DNA of 64,000 bases from Candidatus Pacebacteria bacterium CG2_30_36_39 (GCA_001873435.1 MNZB01000003.1:70427-134426), one strand, 5' to 3'. Numbered from the stretch's first letter, positions 1 through 10,266 are shown. Notes: generated by a model not told the origin, from the sequence alone. Numbers and translations are program-made.

Positions 1-501
1 TTCAAATGGCAAAATACTTTTGTTTTGAATCCAGTGAAGAGGGGTTGAGCCTCGATACATCAGGTCATCAAAATGAACAACTGGAATTGTTAGGCGACTA
101 ATAAGCGAGGTTTCAATAATAATAATTATTATGAAACCAAGTATGAAGCTAATCTTGTCTTGAAGAAAAATATTTAAGATGTTTTTAGCAAGTTTTTTAA
201 TAGTAACAATTAATTGGTTGTTGTTAAAAAACTCTTTAATTATTGTTTTAAATGACAAAGTGGTAGTAAGAAAAATAAAACTTTGTGCAAGTAAAAAATT
301 AATATTGGTTAATGCTTTGAATAGAGATAAGTTGGCTGATAAGAAGGTTATATATAGTAAGAGAAAGCTGGGAAGTGATAAAAAGCTTAGTTTGTTTGTT
401 AATTTCAGTTTTTTTTGAATGACTAAAACTGTGCTAATAGCCATAAATAAGCTTAAAAAAAACATTAGTAAATCGATGATCTTGGCTAGAATTTGTAACA
501 T
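1..501 (-). CDS. hypothetical integral membrane protein (partial, runs off left edge)
   Basis: Hand translation of the minus strand from the ATG at 501 (alt starts 465, 444) gives about 167 codons with no stop, down to position 1. I checked every in-frame triplet on the + strand for tta/cta/tca. Hydrophobic multi-TM sequence (..FLSLPSFLLLYITFLSANLSLF.., ..ILGFIIIIIIETSLISRL..). Absent from the ORF track, presumably because it has no stop in the window. The listed + ORF 179..418 is its antisense shadow. Confidence 0.45.
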   Translation of the reverse strand, partial: MLQILAKIIDLLMFFLSLFMAISTVLVIQKKLKLTNKLSFLSLPSFLLLYITFLSANLSLFKALTNINFLLAQSFIFLTTTLSFKTIIKEFFNNNQLIVTIKKLAKNILNIFLQDKISFILGFIIIIIIETSLISRLTIPVVHFDDLMYRGSTPLHWIQNKSILPFE

Positions 502-821
502 TGGTAACTAATTTTGTATTTCAAAAGTAATAAAACAGTATAAGTAGTCAGCAGAAGCAAAGTAAATGATTAAAAGAATATTTTTTCTATTTTTCTTTTG
601 AGTAGTTAATAATTAAAAAACACAGTTTGTGCTCTTTCTATTGAAAAAGACTGATTTCAAAGTCCCATTTTTTTACATAGTTTTTATCTCCTAATGCTTT
701 GGGATTTCTTTGTATTGTGTGCGCTTATTAATTCTTGTATGAATGATGTCTATATAACAAAGTGTGGTATTAATATCCACCTCATGTATACAACAGGTAG
801 TGGGTAATCTAAGAGATTAAA

Positions 822-1916
822 GTGAGTTTAATTAATAAAGAGCAACAATCATATCCTTCTAATTGGCAGGAGCTAGATCATCCTTTTTATGTTTTATGCA
901 GAGATATTCTCGGTGGAAAAGGGGCAATTGGTTTAACTGAACCTAGCCAGCTGAAACCAGATCAAGAATTTTGGGGTCTCAAAGCTCCAAAAGAAATAAT
1001 TATCGCCACTGGAAGCACGAGAAAAGCTTACATGCTAAGTATTGTTCTTAATGGCATTGAGGTTCCGTTGGCTCATCCAATGGATTTTCAGCAATTCATT
1101 GTTGACGCTATTCATAATGGCGATGGGGCCTTGAAAACTAAGACATTTCTAGGTGGTTTTAATGGCGTGCCAGTTTATGCAGAGTCGGCTGCTTCTGGTG
1201 AAACTGCAGCTAATTTTCCTCAAGCGGAAGCTATAAATAAAGCCATGTGGTTATCTGATCAACCACAATATCAGGGTGATGATTATTTAATCGTTTCAAC
1301 AGATACAGTCGATTTTCTAGATCGTGATGGCAACGGACGTATTTCTGCAGGAGAAGAAGGCTTGGGCAAGCCAATGAACCATCCAGATTTTCCAAGCAAA
1401 AATAGTTTAATGAAACTTAAAAATAGTTGGTTAAAGTTTTTAGGAGAGAAAATTCATCTTTGGCAAATAAGTGAATTTGAAAAGCAATATGCAGCTGAAA
1501 ATTTTGAAGGTGGGAAAAACCTAGTACATACCAATGCTATTGCTTTATTAGAACTCTTTGCCGATGGTAGTGAAGAAGTAGTAAGACTTTGGGATGTAAT
1601 TTTGAAGAGTGAGATTGATGAAGATTTCTTTAGCAAATACAGCATGGTTCCAGATCAAGGGGGTGGTGGTGCTTCACAGCAAAATCAAAATTGGGAGTCA
1701 ACAGAAGAACTTTTGGATACATTAGATTCGGAAACAAGAAATATTATGGAGAAGTTGGCTGGAGAGGAGCCAGAATTTTTTAAGTTTTTAGTGATTTTTC
1801 AGATTTCAGGCATGCCTGCTATGAGTATTTTGCATGAGATTGAAAGATTGGCAGAATCTCGCAAAAACTCAGGTCTTAGTAAAGAAGTTGTTGTTTTTGA
1901 ACACAAAGACAGCTAG
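822..1916 (+). CDS. hypothetical protein with a single canonical EF-hand-like Ca-binding loop (DRDGNGRISAGE)
   Basis: 364-aa ORF with a GTG start. No recognisable family. 12-residue loop D-x-D-x-N-G-x-I-x-x-x-E at nt 1320-1355. Confidence 0.55.
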   Translation: MSLINKEQQSYPSNWQELDHPFYVLCRDILGGKGAIGLTEPSQLKPDQEFWGLKAPKEIIIATGSTRKAYMLSIVLNGIEVPLAHPMDFQQFIVDAIHNGDGALKTKTFLGGFNGVPVYAESAASGETAANFPQAEAINKAMWLSDQPQYQGDDYLIVSTDTVDFLDRDGNGRISAGEEGLGKPMNHPDFPSKNSLMKLKNSWLKFLGEKIHLWQISEFEKQYAAENFEGGKNLVHTNAIALLELFADGSEEVVRLWDVILKSEIDEDFFSKYSMVPDQGGGGASQQNQNWESTEELLDTLDSETRNIMEKLAGEEPEFFKFLVIFQISGMPAMSILHEIERLAESRKNSGLSKEVVVFEHKDS

Positions 1917-1928
1917 AGTGGGTAAGTT

Positions 1929-2567
1929 ATGAAACAAAAAAGAGGTATTTTAATTTCTTTGGAAGGTGGCGAGGGTGGTGGAAAAACCACCCAGGTGTTA
2001 AAGCTCAAGGAAAACTTGGAAGCTGTTGGTAGAGAAGTTGTTTCTGTCCGTGAACCAGGTGGTACTGTTATCAGCGAGCAAATTCGTGAGATTGTTTTAT
2101 CTGCAAAGAATAAAGGTATTACTGATGCTACTGAGGTATTACTTTTTCAAGCTGCTAGAGCTCAGATATATCGTGAAGTAGTAATTCCTGCTTTAAATGC
2201 TGGTAAGGTTGTAATCATGGACAGAACTCGTGACAGCAGTGTTGTTTATCAAGGGATGGTGAGGGGTTTTGGTAGAAAGATGATTGAAAGCTTAAATGAT
2301 ATTTCAACAAAAAAAATTACGCCAAATTTAACTCTTTTACTAGATGTTTCAGTTGACACTGGATTGGCTAGAAGAGCTGATTCTGGCAAAATGGATCGTT
2401 TGGATATGGAAAATAAAAATTTTCACCAACAGGTTCGCGATGCTTATTTATTACTTGCAAAAGAAGATGCTGATAATAGATGGCGCCTAATTGATGCAGA
2501 AAAAACTGTTAAAGAAGTTGAAAAGCAGATTTGGAATGTAGTTAAAGCGGAGTTGAAAACAAAATAA
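1929..2567 (+). CDS. tmk: thymidylate kinase
   Basis: N-terminal ISLEGGEGGGKTTQ P-loop, DRxxDSS motif, typical about 210-aa length. Confidence 0.9.
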   Translation: MKQKRGILISLEGGEGGGKTTQVLKLKENLEAVGREVVSVREPGGTVISEQIREIVLSAKNKGITDATEVLLFQAARAQIYREVVIPALNAGKVVIMDRTRDSSVVYQGMVRGFGRKMIESLNDISTKKITPNLTLLLDVSVDTGLARRADSGKMDRLDMENKNFHQQVRDAYLLLAKEDADNRWRLIDAEKTVKEVEKQIWNVVKAELKTK

Positions 2568-2597
2568 GGTGGGTGATAATAATTTTTAAAATCAGTT

Positions 2598-3215
2598 ATG
2601 CAAAAACTTCCAAAAGCTGTCACTCGTTTAATCGATAAATTTGAAAGATTGCCTGGAGTTGGTCCCAAATCGGCTCAGAGATTAGTTTTTTATTTATTGC
2701 ATAACCCAGAACATGAGCTGGTTGATTTTGCTGAAAAACTTTTGGCTCTCAAAAAAAATACGGTTATGTGTGAGAAGTGTCACAACATTGCAGAATCAAC
2801 TCCCTGCCCAGTGTGTAGCGATTCATCCAGAGATAAGTCTTTATTATGTATTGTTGAACAGCCCTTAGATCTATTGGCATTGGAAAAATCAGATGTTTTT
2901 CATGGTCACTATCATGTTTTACATGGTTCTATTTCTCCATTAAATAACATTGGTCCAGAACAGTTATATCTACGTGATATTACCAAACGTTTGGATGGTG
3001 TTAAGGAAATTATTTTGGCTACAAATCCCACCATGGAGGGTGAGGCAACTGCTTTATATATTACTGAGGTAATCAGAAAAAATACTGATGAAAAAATTAA
3101 TAAAATTGCGATTACTAGAATAGGTCATGGTTTGCCAATTGGAGCAGATATTGAATATGCTGATGGAGTAACTTTAGCCAGAGCACTTGAGGGTAGAAGG
3201 CAAGTTGGTACGTGA
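2598..3215 (+). CDS. recR: recombination protein RecR
   Basis: LPGVGPKSAQRL helix-hairpin-helix, C4 zinc finger (CEKCHN..CPVC), Toprim domain. Terminates with TGA. Confidence 0.9.
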   Translation: MQKLPKAVTRLIDKFERLPGVGPKSAQRLVFYLLHNPEHELVDFAEKLLALKKNTVMCEKCHNIAESTPCPVCSDSSRDKSLLCIVEQPLDLLALEKSDVFHGHYHVLHGSISPLNNIGPEQLYLRDITKRLDGVKEIILATNPTMEGEATALYITEVIRKNTDEKINKIAITRIGHGLPIGADIEYADGVTLARALEGRRQVGT

Positions 3216-3257
3216 TATACTGATTCTTAGATGGTTCAATACCGGATAGTTAAAAGC

Positions 3258-3297
3258 AACCGACAAGACTCTTAAAGAGCTAGTCGGTTTTTTATTT
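3258..3297 (+). terminator. intrinsic terminator after recR
   Basis: AACCGAC..(18 nt)..GTCGGTT stem followed by TTTTTTATTT. A second small hairpin CCAGCA-N8-TGCTGG (3298-3317) lies in the hpf 5'UTR. Confidence 0.55.
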
Positions 3298-3336
3298 CCA
3301 GCACCCGGTATTGCTGGAAAAAAGAAAGGAAAAACG

Positions 3337-3687
3337 ATGAACATTCTCGTTCATGCTAAAAATGGAGAGGCCACTAAAGCTCTTCGTTCCTTTATTAAGA
3401 ACCAGATTAAGAAGGTGGAGAAGCTAGGAGTTCCCATCCGCCAAGTACAAGTGTTTTTGGAGAATATTGCCCGCAAAGATAGTGATCCACACCGAGCATC
3501 CGTTGTGGTAGATGTAGAAGTAGCTGGAAAGAAAAAAGTTTCTGTTAGAAGCAGAGCCTATGATTTATATCAGGCTGTTGTAGATGCTTCTCAGGATGTT
3601 CTTCGTCAGGTAAGAAAGCAAAAAGAGAAAAATTTAACTAATACAAGAAAACAACAAAGAGAGATATTTAGAGAAACAGAAGAATAA
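3337..3687 (+). CDS. hpf: ribosome hibernation promoting factor / RaiA (sigma-54 modulation protein family)
   Basis: 116 aa. Conserved MNILVHAKNGEAT...VVVDVEV pattern of YfiA/HPF proteins. Confidence 0.8.
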   Translation: MNILVHAKNGEATKALRSFIKNQIKKVEKLGVPIRQVQVFLENIARKDSDPHRASVVVDVEVAGKKKVSVRSRAYDLYQAVVDASQDVLRQVRKQKEKNLTNTRKQQREIFRETEE

Positions 3688-3734
3688 CTATTTTGGTTTT
3701 TTCTACTTCAGTTCTTGTCTCTTGATCGCACCTC

Positions 3735-4142
3735 TTGTATCGTGGATGTATGTCAGATCCAACACAAGCTTCAAATCAAGCAACTCCAACGGTTGGTAGT
3801 TCACCAGATCCATTGGCGGCACTAGAGGAATTACTTCAAAGCTCTAAAGCTGATGATCCAACCAGTCATCCTTCTGCTGCTTCAGCAGAAACAAAACAAG
3901 CTGAGTTAGATTCGGCGGCAGAAGAAGAAAAGAAAAAAGCTATTCAATTGATGGAAGAAAAGCAAAAAGCTATTGATGCTAGCGATCTTCTTACACAAAT
4001 TTCTGATCTAAAATCGATTGATAGCACTCCACAAGAGCAAGCTCGCTTGGCTCAAAAAGAACAACTTGCCGATGACCAACAAACTCAAAAAGATAATCAG
4101 GGGGTTTATCAAATTCATCAATTAGGACATACTAAAATTTAG
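3735..4142 (+). CDS. hypothetical low-complexity (Q/A/S/E-rich) disordered protein
   Basis: 135-aa ORF, no domain recognised, compositionally biased. Possible start at 3750. Confidence 0.45.
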   Translation: MYRGCMSDPTQASNQATPTVGSSPDPLAALEELLQSSKADDPTSHPSAASAETKQAELDSAAEEEKKKAIQLMEEKQKAIDASDLLTQISDLKSIDSTPQEQARLAQKEQLADDQQTQKDNQGVYQIHQLGHTKI

Positions 4143-4163
4143 TTATTTTGAGGAGAAATTAAT

Positions 4164-4793
4164 ATGCCTGGACCAGGTGTGGCAGCTAGACAAGGCGGGG
4201 GATTCCGTAGTGGTTTTGGCAATTTTAATGATGAACATTTGGAAGAGCAGTCTATGGCTAATTCTTCCAAACAACATCAATTGACTCAGCAAACTAGTAA
4301 TTCAGCTCAAACAACGGCTGGTGGATCTGCTTTACAAAGAGCTGATTCTTCGCAAGAAACCCCAATACAGAAACAAACTCAGCCCAGGGAAGTTGGTACT
4401 TTTAAAGAAGAAGCTAAAAGAGCCTTAAAGGATGTGGTCGATGAAATAAAGGGTTTTTTTAGTCTTAATGATTTATTAAAAATAAACTCTGGTGATACAC
4501 CAGAAGTTAAACAAAAAAAAACTGGAATTTTGCAACGTTTCAATAATTTAACTGAAGAACAAAAACAGGTGGCTCAGAAAAACTTTCAAATAGAAATGCA
4601 GAAAAGGAAAGCTAGGGAAGAGGAAGAGCAGAAAAAGAAAAACCAAGCAGCCCAACAGAAACAAGCAAATATTGCTCCTCCTAGCAGCCCAAGAAAAGGA
4701 GCTGCTGGCCCAGCTGGTTCAAGAAAGCAGCAAGCAACTACTCAACTAGAACAAGATCGCCAAACCATAGGCAAAATGGCAAGTGCTCATTAG
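4164..4793 (+). CDS. hypothetical Q/K/E-rich disordered protein
   Basis: 209-aa ORF with a strong SD (GAGGAG) 8 nt upstream. Low-complexity coiled-coil-like composition. Confidence 0.55.
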   Translation: MPGPGVAARQGGGFRSGFGNFNDEHLEEQSMANSSKQHQLTQQTSNSAQTTAGGSALQRADSSQETPIQKQTQPREVGTFKEEAKRALKDVVDEIKGFFSLNDLLKINSGDTPEVKQKKTGILQRFNNLTEEQKQVAQKNFQIEMQKRKAREEEEQKKKNQAAQQKQANIAPPSSPRKGAAGPAGSRKQQATTQLEQDRQTIGKMASAH

Positions 4794-4825
4794 TTTCTTT
4801 GCGGTATGATAAGTCCAATAAAAAT

Positions 4826-6244
4826 ATGAAACTGTACAATACTTTAACTAGAAAAATTCAAGATTTTGTCCCACAAAATCCACCATATGTGACCTTGTAT
4901 GCCTGTGGTCCAACAGTCTATGACTACACTCACATTGGTCATGCAAGAAAATATACGATGGATGATATTTTGGTTAGAACCTTACGCCATGCTGGTTTTG
5001 AGGTTAAATTTGTTCGTAATATTACTGATGTAGGTCATCTGTCTTCTGATTCTGATACAGGAGAAGATAAGATGGAAAAAGGTGCCAAAAAATATGGTAC
5101 TTCAGTTTGGGATGTAGCCAGAAAATTTGAAGACTATTTTCATCACAGCATGGATTTAATGGGCAATGTCAGACCAAATATTACTAGTAGGGTAACTGAA
5201 CATATTCAATCACAATTAGATTTGGTACAAAAACTTGAAGCTAAGGGTTTTACTTATGTAATTCCTGGCGATGGAGTTTATTTTGATACCAGCAAATTTC
5301 CCAGATATGGAGAACTAGCAAAACTTAACAAAGAAGGAATCCAAGAAGGTGCCAGGGTAGAGATGGTGGCTGGTAAACGCAATCCAACTGATTTTGCTTT
5401 GTGGAAATTTGAGCGTGAAGGAGAAAATCGAGCTATGATTTGGCCAAGCCCTTGGTCAGCAAGAAGTTTTCCTGGTTGGCATATCGAGTGTTCAGCCATA
5501 GGTATGGAACATTTGGGAGAGCAAATAGATATTCATACTGGTGGTATTGATCATATTCCAGTTCACCACACTAATGAAATTGCTCAAAGTGAGGCTGCTT
5601 CTGGAAAACATCCATTCGTTAGATATTGGGTGCATCACAATTTTTTGTCTGTTGAAGGGCAAAAAATGAGTAAGTCATTAAATAATTTTTTTACAATTGA
5701 AGACTTAATAAAGAAAGATTACGAACCAATGGCTTTTCGTTTGCTATTGCTTTCAGCTCATTATCGTTCTGAAATGAATTTTACCTGGAAAAATATGGAA
5801 GGCGCTCAGATTACTTGGGAAAGACTTAAAGACAAAATTCAAGTTTTATTAAAAGAAAAAGAAACATCACTTGAGCCAACCGAAGAACAACGAGAGTTAG
5901 CAGAAGAATTAAAAAAACATTTTTTTGCAGCCGTTGAAAATGATTTGCATACCCCAGAGGCATTGGCAGTTATGTGGGAAATGCTATCAAGCAGTTTGAC
6001 TGCTCAACAAAAATATCATCTATTGTTGAATTTTGATGAAATATTTGGTCTTAGTTTGGCTAGTATTGAGCCTTCGGAGCAAGAGCCAGTTCCTGGAGAT
6101 GTAGCAGATCTTGTAGCTGAAAGAAAAGAAGCTAGAGAGAGCAAGAATTGGGCGTTATCTGATGATTTACGATCCAGAATTCAAGACTTAGGTTTTGATG
6201 TTATCGATGATGGCGATGAACAAATTTTGCAGAAAAAAAGATAA
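4826..6244 (+). CDS. cysS: cysteine--tRNA ligase
   Basis: HIGH motif (YACGPTVYDYTHIGHARKY) and KMSKS. The MKLYNTLTRK start aligns with bacterial CysRS N-termini. The ORF track's earlier start is 4799. Confidence 0.9.
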   Translation: MKLYNTLTRKIQDFVPQNPPYVTLYACGPTVYDYTHIGHARKYTMDDILVRTLRHAGFEVKFVRNITDVGHLSSDSDTGEDKMEKGAKKYGTSVWDVARKFEDYFHHSMDLMGNVRPNITSRVTEHIQSQLDLVQKLEAKGFTYVIPGDGVYFDTSKFPRYGELAKLNKEGIQEGARVEMVAGKRNPTDFALWKFEREGENRAMIWPSPWSARSFPGWHIECSAIGMEHLGEQIDIHTGGIDHIPVHHTNEIAQSEAASGKHPFVRYWVHHNFLSVEGQKMSKSLNNFFTIEDLIKKDYEPMAFRLLLLSAHYRSEMNFTWKNMEGAQITWERLKDKIQVLLKEKETSLEPTEEQRELAEELKKHFFAAVENDLHTPEALAVMWEMLSSSLTAQQKYHLLLNFDEIFGLSLASIEPSEQEPVPGDVADLVAERKEARESKNWALSDDLRSRIQDLGFDVIDDGDEQILQKKR

Positions 6245-6262
6245 ATTTCTAATTTATTTAAG

Positions 6263-6913
6263 TTAACTAAGTAAACCTGCTTCTTGGAATGAAAAGTGGG
6301 TTTGTTTTGCAATGATTAAATGATCCAAAAAACGAATTCCTAATTGTTCACTAACTTTTAGAAGTTTTTGACTCGAATCCTTATCAGCATCACTTGGGTT
6401 TGCATTTCCAGATGGATGGTTGTGAGCCAAAATAAAGGCAGCAGCAGGCAGAGTTAAGGCTGAACTTAAAATTTCTTTTGGTTCCATTAGAGAATAATTT
6501 AACCCTCCAATGGCTACTGTTTCAATTTTGAGTAACTCTGATCGAGCATTGAGATAAAGACACACAGTGTGTTCTTTTGTTTTATCTCTTAAGTCCTGTA
6601 AATGAGTTAGTGCTTGGTTGGGAGATAAAATTTTTTGTATTGGTGGTAAGGCATTTCTTCTACCCAGTTCCACCCCAGCTAGTAACTTGGTTGCTTTTGC
6701 TGTACCTATGCCAGCTAATTGAGTAAGCTCTTTAACTGGAGTTTGATGCAAGTTTTGTAAGGGGAATTTTTGCAAGAATTTTTTTGCTAGAGTTTTAACA
6801 TGGCATCTTTTGGTACCTGAGCCTAAAATTAAGGTACAAAGCTCTTGGTCAGTTAAATTACTCAAGCCCATTGCTTTTAATTTCTCTCTCAAACGTGGTT
6901 TTTGCTTTGCCAT
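6263..6913 (-). CDS. radC: RadC-family JAB/MPN domain protein
   Basis: HNHPSG..SxxD JAMM motif and N-terminal HhH region. Confidence 0.85.
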   Translation of the reverse strand: MAKQKPRLREKLKAMGLSNLTDQELCTLILGSGTKRCHVKTLAKKFLQKFPLQNLHQTPVKELTQLAGIGTAKATKLLAGVELGRRNALPPIQKILSPNQALTHLQDLRDKTKEHTVCLYLNARSELLKIETVAIGGLNYSLMEPKEILSSALTLPAAAFILAHNHPSGNANPSDADKDSSQKLLKVSEQLGIRFLDHLIIAKQTHFSFQEAGLLS

Positions 6914-6927
6914 GCTGCAAGTTTATT

Positions 6928-8061
6928 TTAGATTTCTGACTTTTTTTGTAACAACTCCATCAATTTGGCATAGAAATGAAGATTGTGAGTGGTAGCAAGG
7001 CTAAAAGCTAAATTATCTTTAACTTGAAAAAGGTGATGTAAATAAGCTCTTGAATAATTAGAACAAGTTTCACAATCACACCAACTACTAACAGGAGAAT
7101 GATCTGTAGCCAGCAAACCTCGCCCAATATAGAGATATTCATACCATTTTTCATCTTTAGAAAAATCTATAGTTTTTGGATCTTTGGCAAAAGTATAAAG
7201 CCGCTGGTGGCGAGCATCTCTAGTAGGTAAGACACAATCAAAAATGTCATAACCCATAGCTCTTAATTGAACGATATTTTCCGGAGAACCAATTCCCAAA
7301 GCAAAACGCAGTGCCTCTGATGGAGATGCTTCAGCGTTGACTCTACACATTTCATAATCAAAATTTCCTGCTTCATCAAATGGCCAACCACCCAAGCCAT
7401 AACCATCAAAACCAATTTTTGCTAATTCCTCACCACAATAGCGACGAAGATCATAATCTCGCTGGCCCTGGATAACTGCTAGGAGTAGGGGACGATTTTC
7501 TTTAGTAAAACCATGGATTTTACATTGTTTTTCAAATTCAATTTTACAGCGTTTGGCCCAAGAGATAGTTCTTTCAACACTTTCTTTAAGTCGTTTTGGA
7601 GAGGCATCAATTGGAGAGAAATCATCAAGACAAATTTTAATATCACTCTGAATAGAAAACTGCACCTGTATGGAGTTTTCTGGGGTGAAAAGCGTCTTTT
7701 TTTGTTGTTTCTCACCGCTATACAAAACCACTCCATCATCAATAATTTTTCCCAGCTTGGGATTTTTATGAATTAAAGAAAACAACTGAAAACCACCAGA
7801 GTCAGAAGCGGTTAAACCTTGCCAGTTCATAAATTTTTTAATTCCACCCACAGCATCCAAAACTTCGGTTCCTGGAGTAGTCATTAAATGGTAAGTATTA
7901 ATTACCACACCTTGAATGCCTGTTTGAGAGACTTGCGAACTAGAAAGACCTCTAACAACACCTAAGGTTGCATCTGGCAGATAGATTGGGAGTTGATAAG
8001 TTTTGCCCAAAATAGTAATTGTTTTAGGTCTTTTATTAGATAATGTTAACTGCTGCTTCAT
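6928..8061 (-). CDS. tgt: queuine tRNA-ribosyltransferase
   Basis: LPIYLPDAT substrate motif and a CDCETCSNYSRAYLHH zinc site. Confidence 0.9.
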   Translation of the reverse strand: MKQQLTLSNKRPKTITILGKTYQLPIYLPDATLGVVRGLSSSQVSQTGIQGVVINTYHLMTTPGTEVLDAVGGIKKFMNWQGLTASDSGGFQLFSLIHKNPKLGKIIDDGVVLYSGEKQQKKTLFTPENSIQVQFSIQSDIKICLDDFSPIDASPKRLKESVERTISWAKRCKIEFEKQCKIHGFTKENRPLLLAVIQGQRDYDLRRYCGEELAKIGFDGYGLGGWPFDEAGNFDYEMCRVNAEASPSEALRFALGIGSPENIVQLRAMGYDIFDCVLPTRDARHQRLYTFAKDPKTIDFSKDEKWYEYLYIGRGLLATDHSPVSSWCDCETCSNYSRAYLHHLFQVKDNLAFSLATTHNLHFYAKLMELLQKKSEI

Positions 8062-8094
8062 AGGGTGAATTATACCCTGCTACAATAACTAAAG

Positions 8095-9375
8095 ATGAGT
8101 GAGACGCCTACCTATTATCCTGAACCAATTCAGCCTAAAAAAGCTACTTTAGCAGATAGAGTAATCACTTGGATGGTTGATCATTGGCAAAAAAACAAAC
8201 CAGATATTAAGGCTTTTGTTGGCCGTAAAAATGAGATTACTACAGATAATGGTGATGATCTAATTGTGGCAGAAGAAAATTTGCCAGTTATTGCTGAAGC
8301 AACAGAGTTGATGAAAGCTCGACAAGCAGAAGGAAAATTAATAAACAAGGAAACAAATCCTTTAGGAGAAAACGTTAAAGATTTAACCATGATGATCTTT
8401 GGTGATCCTCATATTCCTGGCAGTGAGCTGGAAGACTCTCCTTATGAATTAAATCAACCATATAGATTGATTAAAAAAATAAGAGCGATTTTTTTGGGTT
8501 TTAAACCAACTAAGGATGTTGATAGAGATGGCGCGACTGAAACATTTAATGCTTTTCAGGCTCTAAAGCAGTCGTTTGTTAATCATCTTCAAACTAGTTC
8601 TAGAGAAGGAAGTTTTACTAATGATTCAAAGATTTTGATAACCAACGTTGGAGATAGCGGAAATACTGAACATAAGATGGGGGATAATGCTTTTGCCGCT
8701 CTACAACTTGAGGGAATGAGGGCTGACTTGGCTGATGCGGCTGAACGTAGAGAAACAGTAATGATGCATGCTCAAGGTAATCATGATAGTGATTTGAACA
8801 ATCATGGTTTGGAGCATGATTGGTTTCATCGAGAACTTTATGGTAGTCAAGTATTTTTACAAGAGATTGGTGATGATGTGGTAGTTTTATCAATAAATAC
8901 TAATTTTTACAGTACTTTTTGGCATCAGCATTTAGAACGTAGAAAACAAGGTGGTTTGAATGAGCGAGAAGAAAAAGCTTTGGCATTAATTCGTCAAGAA
9001 ATGGAAAAACAGAAGCTTTTAATCGAAAAAGCCAAACAATCTGGTAAAAGAATTGTTTTAGTTGGTCATGAGCGCGGTTATCTTGAGCAAGCTATGGGTG
9101 GCAATCTTGCTGAAACTAGTGTGGTGGCAGTAGTTAGCGGTCATACTCATAAGCACGAAAATATTGCTGATAAAAAGAAACAAAATCTAAATCATGAAGT
9201 GATTAAATATCTCAATGTTGGGGCAAATAAAAAAGCAAAGGTTGATGGTGTAAGCAAGTCTGTTTTGAGTGGTTTCTCTCTTAGAATTAGGGATGATGAG
9301 AATGGGTTGCAAATTAAAATTGATGAAATTATACCAACAGAAGTTGATTATCAAACAGCACTAAGTTCAATGTAG
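8095..9375 (+). CDS. calcineurin-like metallophosphoesterase family protein
   Basis: GDPH..GNHD..GHERGY..GHTH metal-binding motif series. 426 aa. Confidence 0.6.
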   Translation: MSETPTYYPEPIQPKKATLADRVITWMVDHWQKNKPDIKAFVGRKNEITTDNGDDLIVAEENLPVIAEATELMKARQAEGKLINKETNPLGENVKDLTMMIFGDPHIPGSELEDSPYELNQPYRLIKKIRAIFLGFKPTKDVDRDGATETFNAFQALKQSFVNHLQTSSREGSFTNDSKILITNVGDSGNTEHKMGDNAFAALQLEGMRADLADAAERRETVMMHAQGNHDSDLNNHGLEHDWFHRELYGSQVFLQEIGDDVVVLSINTNFYSTFWHQHLERRKQGGLNEREEKALALIRQEMEKQKLLIEKAKQSGKRIVLVGHERGYLEQAMGGNLAETSVVAVVSGHTHKHENIADKKKQNLNHEVIKYLNVGANKKAKVDGVSKSVLSGFSLRIRDDENGLQIKIDEIIPTEVDYQTALSSM

Positions 9376-9391
9376 TTTAAAGGAAAAAATA

Positions 9392-10168
9392 ATGGTTATC
9401 ACAAAACAACAAGCACTGGCTCCAGTTTCTGTGGTTTTCCCAGCTTTAAATGAAGAGAAGAATGTTGGTTTGGCGTTAGAGGCTTTGTTGAATCAAGATT
9501 TATTTCCAGCACAAGTTATTTTTGTTGATCACAACTCAACAGACAAGACCAGAGAGATAGCTCAATCTTATGCTAGTGAGTTTGTCCAAAATGGAATTGA
9601 TTTTAGAATTGTGATTGAGAAAAAACCAGGCATAGCTAATGCAAGAATTGCAGCTTGCCAAAAGGTTACTCAACCAATTATTGCTTCAATGGATACCGAT
9701 TGTAGACCAGTTTCTCAATGGGTGAGGGTGATTGCTGATGCTTTTGCTAATGATCAGGACTTGGATGCTTTGGCTGGTAAGATTATTTTTTTTGATGGTT
9801 CATGGTTAACAAAAACTGTTAGCAAACATGGTTCATATGCAGTTTTTTATCTCTGGATGAGAGTAGTAACTGGTTTTCATACTCTTACTACTGCTAATGC
9901 TGCTTTTCGTAAAGCTGCTTATCTCAAAGCTGGTGGTTTTAATGCTCAAATTAAAAGTATTAATGGTTTAGATGACGCTGATTTGGCAAGTAGGATTTTT
10001 AATGGTCATAACATTCGTTATGAAAAGAAGATGGTGATTTATGCATCTTCTCGTCGCTATCATAATTTTTTTAAAGCGATTCCTGACACTATAGAGCGTT
10101 TTATTGCGTTAATTAAAATAGTGAAGAAATACCGAAAGAAACAACATAAATTATTAACAAAAAAATAG
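9392..10168 (+). CDS. family 2 glycosyltransferase
   Basis: N-terminal VVFPALNEE...DxD-type (DTDC) GT-A fold signature. Confidence 0.8.
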   Translation: MVITKQQALAPVSVVFPALNEEKNVGLALEALLNQDLFPAQVIFVDHNSTDKTREIAQSYASEFVQNGIDFRIVIEKKPGIANARIAACQKVTQPIIASMDTDCRPVSQWVRVIADAFANDQDLDALAGKIIFFDGSWLTKTVSKHGSYAVFYLWMRVVTGFHTLTTANAAFRKAAYLKAGGFNAQIKSINGLDDADLASRIFNGHNIRYEKKMVIYASSRRYHNFFKAIPDTIERFIALIKIVKKYRKKQHKLLTKK

Positions 10169-10266
10169 ATTTTTCTATTTATTTTAGCTTGATATAAAAA
10201 ACCAAAACACTATTTTTGCACAATAATAATTGTAAAAAAATTAAAGTAGTTTTTAATTGGAACTAA

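Noticed and set aside
179-418. Listed + strand ORF (79 aa, low complexity)
   Set aside because: Lies antisense to a much longer open minus-strand membrane-protein frame. Composition is typical of an AT-rich shadow ORF.
1454-1645. Numerous short ORFs antisense to or nested within large genes (for example 1454..1645, 2444..2668, 5278..5499, 48645..48923, 57175..57964)
   Set aside because: Embedded in confidently identified genes on the opposite strand or in another frame. Typical shadow ORFs.
2598-3215. Alternative genetic code (UGA recoded, as in some CPR lineages)
   Set aside because: recR and other genes terminate cleanly at TGA, and ORFs are full length with code 11. Standard code.
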